Origin: a virus
Direction: 5' to 3' (one strand)
DNA length: 34,728 nucleotides
UHGV virus genome: UHGV-0126338
Position numbers and translations under genes: made by a program. Below the pieces are notes generated by a model. That model was not told where the DNA came from, made no database searches, and worked only from the letters and a program-made list of their open reading frames with translations. Positions 9,596-18,891 of the stretch are shown here, one piece after another (positions within the stretch are counted from its first letter, which is position 1; the number at the start of each line of letters is the position of its first letter).

Positions 9596-9623
9596 GGCCC
9601 GCCAGAACTGGCGGGCTTTTGCG
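9596..9623 (+). terminator. Putative rho-independent terminator
   Basis: GC-rich hairpin CCCGCCAG-aa-CTGGCGGG followed by CTTTTG. Confidence 0.35.
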
Positions 9624-9665
9624 TAGATCATGCACCTGCATGAAAACCACTACATAAAGCGGGCA

Positions 9666-9684
9666 GGCGTGGCGGGGATACGAG
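9666..9684. other. Putative cos site (19-nt cohesive-end region, P2/186 type)
   Basis: GGCGTGGCGGGGATACGAG shares the first 13 nt with the 186-type cohesive end as I recall it (GGCGTGGCGGGGA...); located between the replication region and portal gene Q, where cos lies in P2-like genomes. Confidence 0.4.
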
Positions 9685-9770
9685 CGCGCGCAACTCGAGA
9701 TAGTGTGATACTTATCTGAGAAATCTTAACAAGGTTCAATACAATACCCTTTCAAAAAAAGGGGAGTGTG

Positions 9771-10922
9771 ATGTTTGTAAAAAATAACTTTAATACAAAT
9801 AATTTCGATGCGGAATTAGTTGAAGCGATTGGTAATAGGCTGGAAAACAACCAATTTTCGGATGCAATACTTGCAGGAACCAAATATCTAACAACTTTGC
9901 TGCGTGAAAAAGGGCAATGTGAAGGGGATGGGGCTCAGCTTGTTGGTACTGTTTTGGGTGGACAATCACCTAGAATCCAAATTAATAGTCTTCAATCTGT
10001 ATCAGAGCAGGACGAACAGCGCGGATTTGAAGCACTATTAAGAGGCTACTATCAGTGTATAAGAAATCCAAGGACACATGACAATTTCCCTGATACAGAA
10101 GATTCCTGCATGAGAATATTGATCATGTTGGATACTTTTATTAAGTATTTAAAAAGAGATGTTGCTGAGTTCGATTACACAGCAATTCTTGAAAGAATTT
10201 ATGAGGTTCACTTTGTAAATAATTCTGATTATGCAGAAGCTTTAATATCACAAATTCCAGAAAAAAAACTACTAGATTTTTTCCAAAGTTTAATTTCTCG
10301 CTTTAATGAAAGGCCAACCAAGGAAATTGATTCTATATTCAAAGCAATAAACCAACGCTTTTCAGGAGAGGAAGAAAAAGCCGCAATGCGGTTGCTAGGT
10401 GATGAGTTACGTAAGGCTAGCAATAATGTTGAGTTTGCTAATGTATTTAGAATAATTAAGCCGAGCGCATGGAGAAATCTTCCTGATGATGTTTTAATTA
10501 GAATGGAAAATATAATCATCGAAGAGTGCAAAAAAGGATATTTGGATTTCTATTCTGATGCGACCAAAGGAGCTATAGGAACATGGGGTAATACATTTGG
10601 TAGCAAATTTAAAAGAAGAGGTGATCTTGGTGATGCTTTAATTGGATTGTTATATGATAGTTGGTATACGCAAAATTATGTTGCGAAATATTACGTTTTT
10701 TCAATCCCTTCTATCATTACTGATGATGTGAAAGTTAAGGAGTTAGCTGATGCTTTAGCTTATGCCACCATTGTAAATGGTGCTAAGCTTTTACGAACAA
10801 AATTGATTGATGCATGTAAAAATTATCCTGATAAGTTGAAAGAGCATCTTAGGGATGCTGTTCAGCAACGGATGGATAGTGATAAAAAATATGCGGAAGA
10901 ATTATTAGGTCAAATAAGCTGA
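9771..10922 (+). CDS. Cargo protein with N-terminal HEPN-like domain (R-x4-H motif; resembles TIGR02391-type family) and uncharacterised C-terminal domain; candidate anti-phage/abortive-infection effector
   Basis: ORF 9768(GTG)/9771(ATG)..10922; RBS GGGGAG; motif IRNPRTH (R99-x4-H104, nt 10062..10079); strongly AT-rich versus the flanking phage genes; sits between cos and portal gene Q, convergent with Q. Confidence 0.6.
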   Translation: MFVKNNFNTNNFDAELVEAIGNRLENNQFSDAILAGTKYLTTLLREKGQCEGDGAQLVGTVLGGQSPRIQINSLQSVSEQDEQRGFEALLRGYYQCIRNPRTHDNFPDTEDSCMRILIMLDTFIKYLKRDVAEFDYTAILERIYEVHFVNNSDYAEALISQIPEKKLLDFFQSLISRFNERPTKEIDSIFKAINQRFSGEEEKAAMRLLGDELRKASNNVEFANVFRIIKPSAWRNLPDDVLIRMENIIIEECKKGYLDFYSDATKGAIGTWGNTFGSKFKRRGDLGDALIGLLYDSWYTQNYVAKYYVFSIPSIITDDVKVKELADALAYATIVNGAKLLRTKLIDACKNYPDKLKEHLRDAVQQRMDSDKKYAEELLGQIS

Positions 10923-10931
10923 TTATTATTT

Positions 10932-10961
10932 GCACCTAATCTCACTTTCGATGTTAGGTGC
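10932..10961. terminator. Hairpin between convergent genes (possible bidirectional terminator)
   Basis: GCACCTAA (10932..10939) ... TTAGGTGC (10954..10961), 8-bp stem, in the 51-bp gap between the cargo gene and Q stops. Confidence 0.3.
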
Positions 10962-10973
10962 ATTTCTATATGC

Positions 10974-12011
10974 CTAATCTAATTCATATGAGGTAAATTT
11001 AACCAGTTCTTCATTAAGTCCAATCCATGAGTTAATTTCAGATATTCTGTGTTGTAGCGGAATTAACTCATTCCTGACAAAAACCTTACTAGCCTTTTCA
11101 ACATCCCCAAACCCGCCAACATTACTAGGCATAATCCCCATCATCTGCGGCGGTACACGGTGCGCTGCCATCATGTCATCCCGGCTCACGTTCTTGATGT
11201 TCAGAAACTCATCTTTTGCCGCCACCTCTGACAGCGGGATGATCTGAATCCCGTCTTTCTTTCCGTTGGGTGAGTACATAAACAAGTTGCGGAAGTTGCC
11301 CGGCCCTTTGGCGCTTTTCATCGCATTGCGGAGGTTGTTCACATCCTCCTGGTTCTGCGCGGCATCGGTCATGTACATGATGAAGCCTGCATGACTACCG
11401 TTAATGTAATATTTGCGGCGGAACAGCGTGGCGGACTCGTTGAGCAAAGCGGATGGGATGGCAGAAAGATAGCCGGGCAGGCCGTAGATCTCCTGATTAA
11501 TATCTGGTTCCATCAGATGAAAAATGCTGCCTTTCGTGAACTGATACGGCTGGGTTGTCATACCGTATTGCACAAACCAGTAGGTATCCAGGTCTAACCC
11601 GCGTCGGGTATATTTTGCCAGGGCAGGCTCAAGGGCGATAACTTCACCGAAGCGGTTCGTGCGTTTCTCCAGGTAGGCGTTACCAAATACCAGGTAGTCC
11701 TGCACAAAACGTGAAAAAGCCTGCTGGCTGAGCAGCGGGTGAGGGATATAGGTACTGGTCAGAATGTTGCACTTTACTGCAATCGGGGAACTGTGATGCA
11801 CGGCAGCGCGGAAGGTGCGCGCCAGTCCGTCAAAGCTGACGGGCGGCTCATACCAACGGTCCATCTGTACGCATTCCACATAGTCCAGTAATTCTCGGCG
11901 GTCCAGAACAGGAACGGGATCGCCGAAGCTGAATGCTTCGGCTGTAGTTTGACTTTTAAGCTGGATCTGATTCGTCGCCGCAGCGCGGTTCTTCTTACTC
12001 TTTCCCATCAA
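10974..12011 (-). CDS. Q: Portal protein (P2 gpQ-like)
   Basis: 345 aa, overlaps terminase P stop; size and order match P2 Q. Confidence 0.9.
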   Translation of the reverse strand: MMGKSKKNRAAATNQIQLKSQTTAEAFSFGDPVPVLDRRELLDYVECVQMDRWYEPPVSFDGLARTFRAAVHHSSPIAVKCNILTSTYIPHPLLSQQAFSRFVQDYLVFGNAYLEKRTNRFGEVIALEPALAKYTRRGLDLDTYWFVQYGMTTQPYQFTKGSIFHLMEPDINQEIYGLPGYLSAIPSALLNESATLFRRKYYINGSHAGFIMYMTDAAQNQEDVNNLRNAMKSAKGPGNFRNLFMYSPNGKKDGIQIIPLSEVAAKDEFLNIKNVSRDDMMAAHRVPPQMMGIMPSNVGGFGDVEKASKVFVRNELIPLQHRISEINSWIGLNEELVKFTSYELD

Positions 12012-13774
12012 AAAATCTCCACAATATTGCTGGTATTGGCGGATTCACCCTGCAGCGGTTCGTTAAACAGTGCGTGCATCGTTGCCCAGGCCAGATCGGC
12101 GTGGCTGGCTTCTTCGCTGCGGCTGGCTTCATAGGTCGGGCGGTTGCCACTGGCGGTGGTGGCGCGACGGATTGCCATGAATGACTGCGCAATGTCGGTG
12201 TGCCCGGCGTCAAACTCCAGACGGCGGTGGCTGATAATGTCGTAGGCCTTGAGTACCAGGGCGTTTTTAACGTTGGGGTTGTAGACAAACTCCCGGACGG
12301 CAGGAAAGAACGCTTTCACGTTCTCATAAACCCCGTGACCAACGCCGGTTGAGTCGATGCCGATATAGGTCACGTTGTACTGTTCGGTCAGTTTTTTGAT
12401 GGCGTCAGCCTGGGCGCGAAAGTCCATCCCGCGCCACTGGTGACGCTCAAGAATGCGGAACTTGCCGCCCGGCACGGCTGGCGGTGCCACCACCACGCAT
12501 CCGGCACTGTCGCCGTTCTGCGTACCTTTCGCCGGGTCATAACCGATCCACACTTCGCGCCAGCCAAATGGGCGCAGTGCCAGTGCATGAAAGTCGGTCC
12601 AGACTTCCCAGCTGTCCACCATGCACGCCTGCAGCTCGCTGAGTGGGAACACAGACGCGAGATCGTCCACAAACTCGCACATCAGCAGGTTCTGGTATTC
12701 GTCCGGGCTGTACTCCATGCGTAACTGATCGAGGTCGAACAGGTTACATCCGCCGCGCACTGCATCTTCCACGGTGACAATCTGGCGGTATTGCCCGTCT
12801 GCGCACAGCAGGCCGGGGGCCAGATTGCTGTGGGACAGGTCGATGTCCACCTTATCTGCTTTGTTGCGCCCACGGTTGAACAGCGCACCGGACCAGAACG
12901 GATAAGCACTGTGTGTCAGGCTGGATGGCGTGGAAAAATAGGTTTGTCGCCATTTCTTGTGAATAGCCATACCGGAAGCCACTTTGCGCAGCTCCTGGAA
13001 TTTCGGTATCCAGAAATATTCATCCAGATACAGGTTGCCGTGATAACTCTGGGCCGTGCGGGCATTGGTGCCGAGGAAGTAAAGCGTGGCCCCGTTAGGA
13101 AGCACCATCGGATCGCCTTTCAACTCCACCTCCACTTCTTTGGCGAAGTCGATGATGTACTGCTTAAAGACGTGGGCCTGTGCCTTGCTGGCGGAAAGGA
13201 AAATCTGGTTACGTCCGGTCAGCAGGGCGTCAATCAGGGCTTCACGGGCAAAGTAAAAGGTCGCGCCGATCTGGCGTGACTTCAGCAGGTTGCGGATGCG
13301 GTTGGTTTTTCCGGCTTCCCACCAGTGGCGCTGGTAGTTGAACATGGAGGAATGGAAGATTTCTTCCAGCTTCTCAATCTGCTCATCGGTGAAAACATTC
13401 TTTTCCGGCTGACGGCGTGGGCCTTTGTTGCGGTTGGCGACGTTAGGGTTTAAGTCGGATTCGTTGCCGCCATTGTTAAACTTGCCGATCCGCGCGTGGC
13501 GCTCAGACTGGCGCGCCAGCAGGTCAATCTCTTTGAAATCTTTCCCTTCTTTGTGCTCCTTCATGATGAGCTGGCAGTAGCGTGCGGCGGTGGTGAGCTG
13601 CATCTGATCCAGCGGCCCATAGTCACCCCACTTGTCGCGTTTTTTCCAGCTGTGAACGGTTGCAACTTTCTCGCCCAGCATTTCAGCAATGCGGGCTACG
13701 CGGTATCCCTGAAAGTACAGCAGCATGGCCTGCCGACGGGGATCGAGATCTGCGGGTGTCAGTGTGGTGTTCAT
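12008..13774 (-). CDS. P: Terminase large (ATPase) subunit (P2 gpP-like)
   Basis: 588 aa, divergent from O, upstream of Q in the same orientation. Confidence 0.9.
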   Translation of the reverse strand: MNTTLTPADLDPRRQAMLLYFQGYRVARIAEMLGEKVATVHSWKKRDKWGDYGPLDQMQLTTAARYCQLIMKEHKEGKDFKEIDLLARQSERHARIGKFNNGGNESDLNPNVANRNKGPRRQPEKNVFTDEQIEKLEEIFHSSMFNYQRHWWEAGKTNRIRNLLKSRQIGATFYFAREALIDALLTGRNQIFLSASKAQAHVFKQYIIDFAKEVEVELKGDPMVLPNGATLYFLGTNARTAQSYHGNLYLDEYFWIPKFQELRKVASGMAIHKKWRQTYFSTPSSLTHSAYPFWSGALFNRGRNKADKVDIDLSHSNLAPGLLCADGQYRQIVTVEDAVRGGCNLFDLDQLRMEYSPDEYQNLLMCEFVDDLASVFPLSELQACMVDSWEVWTDFHALALRPFGWREVWIGYDPAKGTQNGDSAGCVVVAPPAVPGGKFRILERHQWRGMDFRAQADAIKKLTEQYNVTYIGIDSTGVGHGVYENVKAFFPAVREFVYNPNVKNALVLKAYDIISHRRLEFDAGHTDIAQSFMAIRRATTASGNRPTYEASRSEEASHADLAWATMHALFNEPLQGESANTSNIVEIF

Positions 13775-13820
13775 GGCACAAACCTACAGCCTTGAATGAA
13801 GGCTTTCCCCGCCTGCGGTT

Positions 13821-13838
13821 TGTGTGGTTGTCGGTACA
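13821..13838. promoter_or_regulatory. TGT-N12-ACA dyad (Ogr/B-type late activator site) in the divergent P/O promoter region
   Basis: TGT GTGGTTGTCGGT ACA; the only such dyad in the 142-bp P-O intergenic region; centre ~87 bp upstream of the O start codon. Confidence 0.4.
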
Positions 13839-13916
13839 AATACCGCGCATTGTTTCACTGCCCCCATCACCGCAACCATAAGGCTCCAGTAAGTTTTTTC
13901 TAACGGAGCACGGCTC

Positions 13917-14750
13917 ATGACAGTGAAAGCAAAGCGTTTTCGCATCGGGGTGGAAGGTGCCACCACCGACGGACGCGAAATCCAGCGTGAATGGCTGGAA
14001 CAGATGGCAGCCAGCTACAACCCGGCGGTGTATACCGCGCTGATTAACCTTGAGCACATCAAGTCTTATCTGCCGGACAGCACCTTTAACCGCTACGGCA
14101 AGGTGACGGCGCTGTTTGCTGAAGAAATCACGGAAGGTCCGCTGGCAGGCAAGATGGCGCTGTATGCCGACGTTGAGCCAACGGAGTCCCTGGTGGAACT
14201 GGTGAAAAAAGGCCAGAAATTATTCACCTCTATGGAAGTCAGCCCGAAGTTCGCTGATACGGGCAAAGCCTACCTGGTCGGCCTGGCTGCCACTGATGAC
14301 CCTGCCAGTCTGGGTACGGAAATGCTGACATTCAGCGCCAGTGCAGCCCATAACCCGCTGGCAAACCGCAAGCAGAATCCTGCCAATCTCTTTACCGCTG
14401 CAGAGGAAACGGTGATCGAACTGGAAGAAATCCAGGACGACAAACCGTCCCTGTTTGCCTGCGTCACGGCGCTGTTTACCAAAAAAGAGCAGTCCGATGA
14501 CGCCCGGTTCTCTGATGTGCATAAGGCCGTGGAGCTGGTCGCCACTGAGCAGCAGAACCTGAGCGCACGCACCGAAAAATCCCTGTCTGAGCAGGAAGAA
14601 CGTCTGTCTGAGCTGGAGACTGCCCTGCAGGCACAGCTGACCGCCTTTAACGAACTGGTGGACAAGCTGAGTCATGAAGACAGCCGCCAGGACTACCGCC
14701 AGCGTGCAACAGGCGGTAACGCCCCCGCTGACACTCTGACCAATTGCTGA
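13917..14750 (+). CDS. O: Capsid scaffolding protein (P2 gpO-like)
   Basis: 277 aa, first gene of the rightward head operon. Confidence 0.85.
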   Translation: MTVKAKRFRIGVEGATTDGREIQREWLEQMAASYNPAVYTALINLEHIKSYLPDSTFNRYGKVTALFAEEITEGPLAGKMALYADVEPTESLVELVKKGQKLFTSMEVSPKFADTGKAYLVGLAATDDPASLGTEMLTFSASAAHNPLANRKQNPANLFTAAEETVIELEEIQDDKPSLFACVTALFTKKEQSDDARFSDVHKAVELVATEQQNLSARTEKSLSEQEERLSELETALQAQLTAFNELVDKLSHEDSRQDYRQRATGGNAPADTLTNC

Positions 14751-14766
14751 TGGAGCACAAAACCCG

Positions 14767-15825
14767 ATGAAGAAGAATACCCGCTTTGCTTTTAACGCTT
14801 ACCTGCAGCAGCTGGCGCGTCTGAACGGTGTGGCAGTTGAAGAACTGTCCAGCAAATTCACTGTGGAGCCGTCTGTGCAGCAGACGCTGGAAGACCAGAT
14901 CCAGCAGTCCGCTGCTTTCCTGACGCTGATTAACGTCACGCCAGTGACTGAGCAGTCCGGTCAGCTGCTGGGGCTGGGTGTTGGCAGCACCATTGCCGGA
15001 ACCACTGACACCACCGCGAAAGAGCGTGAACCTGTCGATCCGACGCTGATGGTCGATGTGGAATATAAATGCGAGCAGACCAACTTTGACACGGTGCTGA
15101 CCTACGCGAAGCTGGACCTGTGGGCGAAGTTTCAGGATTTCCAGGTGCGTATCCGTGACGCCATCGTGAAACGTCAGGCACTGGACCGCATCATGATCGG
15201 CTTTAACGGCGTGAAGCGTGTGAAAACCTCCAACCGTAGTGAAAACCCGCTGCTGCAGGATGTGAACAAAGGTTGGCTGCAGAAAATCCGTGAGGATGCA
15301 CCGGATCACGTCATGGGCAGCACCACCACGGGCGGTGAAACCACACCGGGCGCGGTGAAAGTCGGGAAAGGGGGCGAATATGCCAACCTGGACGCCGTGG
15401 TGATGGATGCCGTCAATGAGCTTATCGATGTGGTCTACCAGGACGATGACGATCTGGTGGTGATTTGCGGTCGTGAACTGCTGTCTGACAAGTATTTCCC
15501 GCTAGTCAACAAAGAGCAGGAAAACAGTGAAAAACTGGCTGCCGATATGATCATCAGCCAGAAACGCATGGGGGGCCTGCAGGCCGTGCGTGCGCCGTTC
15601 TTCCCGCCGAATGCACTGCTGATTACCCGTCTGGATAACCTGTCCATCTACTGGCAGGAAGACACCCGCCGCCGTTCAGTTATCGACAACCCGAAACGTG
15701 ACCGGATTGAAAACTTTGAATCCGTTAATGAAGCCTATGTGGTTGAGGACTACCGCTGCGCCGCACTGGTGGAAAACATCCAGATTGGCGATTTCAGCGC
15801 CACTGCAGCAGAAGCCGGAGCGTAA
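14767..15825 (+). CDS. N: Major capsid protein (P2 gpN-like)
   Basis: 352 aa following the scaffold gene. Confidence 0.9.
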   Translation: MKKNTRFAFNAYLQQLARLNGVAVEELSSKFTVEPSVQQTLEDQIQQSAAFLTLINVTPVTEQSGQLLGLGVGSTIAGTTDTTAKEREPVDPTLMVDVEYKCEQTNFDTVLTYAKLDLWAKFQDFQVRIRDAIVKRQALDRIMIGFNGVKRVKTSNRSENPLLQDVNKGWLQKIREDAPDHVMGSTTTGGETTPGAVKVGKGGEYANLDAVVMDAVNELIDVVYQDDDDLVVICGRELLSDKYFPLVNKEQENSEKLAADMIISQKRMGGLQAVRAPFFPPNALLITRLDNLSIYWQEDTRRRSVIDNPKRDRIENFESVNEAYVVEDYRCAALVENIQIGDFSATAAEAGA

Positions 15826-15828
15826 CCC

Positions 15829-16479
15829 ATGAGCCTGAGTCCCGCACGGCAGCATCGCCTGCGCGTTCAGGCTGAACAGGCCGCCCGCGAGGGCGGCAGT
15901 GTTCGCCACGCGTCGGGCTATGACCTGATGCTGCTGCAACTGGCGGAAGACCGCCGCCGTCTCAAGGGCGTTCAGTCCACGGTCAAAAAAGCGGAAATCA
16001 AGGTGGAGCTGCTGCCGAAGTACGCCGCCTGGGCAGAGGGTGTCCTGGCTGCCGGAGGCGCTCAACAGGATGACGTGCTGATGTACGTGATGCTGTGGCG
16101 CATTGATGCCGGAGATTATGCCGGGGCGCTGGAGATCGGGCGTCATGCCCTGCGTCATGGCTGGGTGATGCCGCTGGGTAACCGCAACGTGCAGACCGTG
16201 CTGGCAGAGGAAATGGCAGACGCCGCACAGAGCGCAATGCTTGCCGCCACCGGCTTTGATGTCGATCTGTTGCTGCAGACGCTGGAGCTGACAGACGGTC
16301 TGGATATGCCGGACCAGTCACGGGCGCGTCTGCATAAAGCGATTGGCGCGGTCCTGAGTGAAGGCAATCCGGCGTCTGCCCTTAATCATCTCAACCATGC
16401 GTTACAGCTCGATCCCCGCTGTGGCGTGAAAAAAGACAAACAGCAGCTGGAGCGCAGACTGCGCAATGACAGCCGCTGA
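15829..16479 (+). CDS. M: Terminase endonuclease/small subunit (P2 gpM-like)
   Basis: 216 aa after N. Confidence 0.8.
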   Translation: MSLSPARQHRLRVQAEQAAREGGSVRHASGYDLMLLQLAEDRRRLKGVQSTVKKAEIKVELLPKYAAWAEGVLAAGGAQQDDVLMYVMLWRIDAGDYAGALEIGRHALRHGWVMPLGNRNVQTVLAEEMADAAQSAMLAATGFDVDLLLQTLELTDGLDMPDQSRARLHKAIGAVLSEGNPASALNHLNHALQLDPRCGVKKDKQQLERRLRNDSR

Positions 16480-16574
16480 CAGAACGTGCCCCCGCGCACG
16501 GGCGGCACGGGGTGGCGAAAGGCACTGCCACATCAAAACCCCGTCCACCGCCCTTTATTTCAGGAGAAAGCAGC

Positions 16575-17039
16575 ATGAAGTTTGTTGCGCCAGAACAGGC
16601 ACCGGAACAGGCGGAAATCATCAGAAATACGCCGTTCTGGCCTGATGTGGACCTGTCGGAGTTTCGCAGTGTCATGCGCACTGACGGCACGGTGACGCAG
16701 CCGCGTTTAAAGCAGGTTGCGCTGTCGGCAATTTCGGAGGTCAACGCAGAGCTGTATGAGTTTCGCAGACGTCAGCAGATGCTGGGGTATGTGTCGCTGG
16801 CTGAGGTTCCGGCGGAACAGCTGGACGGCAAAAGTGAGCGCATTCAGCACTATTTCAACGCGGTTTACTGCTGGGCACGCGCCATGCTCAACGAACGATA
16901 CCAGGACTATGACGCCACGGCATCCGGTGTGAAGCGAGGCGAGGAACTGGCGGAAGCCAGCGGTGATTTGTGGCGTGACGCCCGCTGGGCCATCAGCCGG
17001 GTGCAGGATGCGCCGCACTGCACAGTGGAGCTTATCTGA
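16575..17039 (+). CDS. L: Head completion/stabilisation protein (P2 gpL-like)
   Basis: ORF 16512..17039 trimmed to ATG 16575 (RBS CAGGAGAAAG). Confidence 0.8.
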   Translation: MKFVAPEQAPEQAEIIRNTPFWPDVDLSEFRSVMRTDGTVTQPRLKQVALSAISEVNAELYEFRRRQQMLGYVSLAEVPAEQLDGKSERIQHYFNAVYCWARAMLNERYQDYDATASGVKRGEELAEASGDLWRDARWAISRVQDAPHCTVELI

Positions 17040-17242
17040 TGAAAGTGTGTGCGCATCAGTATGACACGGTGGACGCGCTTTGCTGGCGTCATTACGGGCG
17101 CACGCAGGGTGTCACGGAGCAGGTACTGAAGGCAAATCCGGGGCTTGCCGAATATGGCCCCTTTTTACCTCACGGGCTGCAGGTGGAGCTGCCGGACATT
17201 CCGACCACCACCACCGTGCAGACCGTCCAGCTATGGGACTGA
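17039..17242 (+). CDS. X: Tail protein X (P2 gpX-like)
   Basis: 67 aa, same size and position as P2 X. Confidence 0.8.
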   Translation: MKVCAHQYDTVDALCWRHYGRTQGVTEQVLKANPGLAEYGPFLPHGLQVELPDIPTTTTVQTVQLWD

Positions 17243-17245
17243 ATT

Positions 17246-17461
17246 ATGACGCTTGAGCGAATCAGCGCCTTTATCACGTACTGCATCGCCGTTGTGCTGG
17301 CCTGGCTGGGCGATTTGTCCATCAAGGATGCCTCAACGCTGGGCGGCCTGATGATTGGTGTGCTGATGCTGGCTATCAACTGGTACTACAAACACAAAGC
17401 CTACCAGCTTCTGCGCGACGGGCAGATCTCGCGGGAGGACTATGAATCCATCAATCGTTAA
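17246..17461 (+). CDS. Holin (small membrane protein, possibly pinholin)
   Basis: 71 aa with hydrophobic segments, immediately upstream of the endolysin. Confidence 0.7.
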   Translation: MTLERISAFITYCIAVVLAWLGDLSIKDASTLGGLMIGVLMLAINWYYKHKAYQLLRDGQISREDYESINR

Positions 17462-17954
17462 ACGCTGCCTTGTCGGGGCCGTGCTGGCTATTGCTGCCAC
17501 GCTGCCGGGGTTTCAGCAGCTTCACACCTCCGTGGAGGGGCTGAAACTGATTGCCGATTACGAAGGCTGTCGTCTGCAGCCGTATCAGTGCAGCGCGGGC
17601 GTCTGGACCGACGGCATTGGTAACACGTCAGGCGTCATTCCCGGCAAAACCATTACGGAACGACAGGCAGCAGAAGGACTGATTTCCAACGTGCTGCGTG
17701 TGGAGCGGGCGCTGGAAAGGTGTGTGAAACAACAGCCGCCGCAGAAGGTATATGACGCTGCGGTGTCGTTTGCCTTCAACGTGGGAACGGGCAATGCCTG
17801 CAGTTCCACGCTGGTGAAATTACTCAATCAGCGGCGCTGGGCGGATGCGTGCCGACAGTTGCCGCGCTGGGTTTATGTGAAAGGTGTGTTTAATCAGGGG
17901 CTGGATAACCGCCGTGCGCGGGAGATGGCCTGGTGTTTACAGGGAGCAAACTGA
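17442..17954 (+). CDS. Endolysin, T4-lysozyme-like (GH24) with N-terminal SAR-like hydrophobic segment
   Basis: E-x8-C-x5-T catalytic pattern in DYEGCRLQPYQCSAGVWTDGIGNT; N-terminal CLVGAVLAIAATLPGF. Confidence 0.85.
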   Translation: MNPSIVKRCLVGAVLAIAATLPGFQQLHTSVEGLKLIADYEGCRLQPYQCSAGVWTDGIGNTSGVIPGKTITERQAAEGLISNVLRVERALERCVKQQPPQKVYDAAVSFAFNVGTGNACSSTLVKLLNQRRWADACRQLPRWVYVKGVFNQGLDNRRAREMAWCLQGAN

Positions 17955-17955
17955 A

Positions 17956-18333
17956 ATGAAAAAGAAATTAATCAGCGGGCTGTTTCTGATGTTATGGATG
18001 GCGCTGTTAATCGCAGCAATGGTGTATCCGCAGGGGATTTTTCCGGTACTGGCAGCGTCCGGTGTTTGGGTAGCCTGTTTACTGACATGGGCGGTAATTC
18101 CGGTAGCACTGGCTGCGTTAATTAAGAATGGCCCGCTCTGGCAGGAGTTGAGGGCATCTTTGCTGAAGACCATTACCCGAAAAGAAAACGTATTTATCAG
18201 CTGGGTGATGCGATTGCTGATTGTCGTAAGTCTCGCCTGGACGGGGTGGGCTATTACCCTGGTCTTTTATCTACTGACCGTTATTGCCTTCTGGATCACC
18301 CGTAATCAGATGGCGCAACAGGTAGCAGCATGA
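17956..18333 (+). CDS. Lysis accessory membrane protein (LysA-like)
   Basis: ORF 17884..18333 trimmed to ATG 17956; multiple predicted TM helices. Confidence 0.55.
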   Translation: MKKKLISGLFLMLWMALLIAAMVYPQGIFPVLAASGVWVACLLTWAVIPVALAALIKNGPLWQELRASLLKTITRKENVFISWVMRLLIVVSLAWTGWAITLVFYLLTVIAFWITRNQMAQQVAA

Positions 18334-18758
18334 ACCGGTTGCTGCTGGTTATGCTGGCGTTATTACTGGCGGCGCTGGGCTGGCAGACGTGGCGGCTGGC
18401 TGATGCCAGCCAGACCATCAGCACGCAGGCAGACGAGCTGCAGAGCAAAAGCCAGGCACTGGCAAAGAGCAACAGCCAGCTTATCAGGCTGTCCATTCTG
18501 ACTGAAACCAATAACCGGGAGCAGGCGCGGCTCTATGCCGACGCAGAACAGACTAGCGCACTGCTGAGACAACGACAACGCCGGATTGAGGAACTGAAAC
18601 GTGAGAACGAGGATTTACGCCGCTGGGCTGATACTCCTTTGCCTGCTGACATTATCCGGCTGCGGGAACGCCCCACACTCACCGGAGGTGCAGCTTACCG
18701 TCAGTGGTTGTCCGCGAGTGACGCCGTGTCGGCTGGATCAGGCAGCGCCGCGCACTAA
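18330..18758 (+). CDS. lysB: Spanin inner-membrane subunit (LysB / Rz-like)
   Basis: N-terminal TM helix then coiled-coil-like charged region; contains embedded lysC in +1 frame. Confidence 0.7.
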   Translation: MNRLLLVMLALLLAALGWQTWRLADASQTISTQADELQSKSQALAKSNSQLIRLSILTETNNREQARLYADAEQTSALLRQRQRRIEELKRENEDLRRWADTPLPADIIRLRERPTLTGGAAYRQWLSASDAVSAGSGSAAH

Positions 18759-18891
18759 CGGTGATTTGAACGCATTGCTGGATGAAACGGAGGCCGCCTG
18801 GGCGGTCTGTGCAGACAAAGTGGACATGATTATTGCGTGTCAGGAGCGAAACAGTGAACAAACCACAATCCCTGCGCCACGCCCTCAATAA
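18601..18891 (+). CDS. lysC: Spanin outer-membrane lipoprotein subunit (LysC / Rz1-like), partly embedded in lysB
   Basis: Lipobox LTLSGC after a signal peptide; Pro-rich; overlapping reading frame with lysB. Confidence 0.65.
   Translation: MRTRIYAAGLILLCLLTLSGCGNAPHSPEVQLTVSGCPRVTPCRLDQAAPRTNGDLNALLDETEAAWAVCADKVDMIIACQERNSEQTTIPAPRPQ

Noticed and set aside
9490-9627. 46-codon ORF (MPAEEFTLRK...) ending in the hairpin at 9596..9623
   Set aside because: Too short, no convincing RBS, and its 3' end is the terminator-like hairpin; more likely non-coding sequence near cos.
9324-9770. Possible retron or CRISPR-like element in the structured non-coding stretch
   Set aside because: No reverse-transcriptase gene follows and there is no array of regularly spaced direct repeats; the structure is better explained by cos plus a terminator.
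14220-15309. Long minus-strand ORFs (14220..14675, 14270..14665, 14647..15309) inside the scaffold and capsid genes
   Set aside because: Antisense shadow ORFs in GC-rich coding DNA; no RBS, and they overlap well-supported structural genes.
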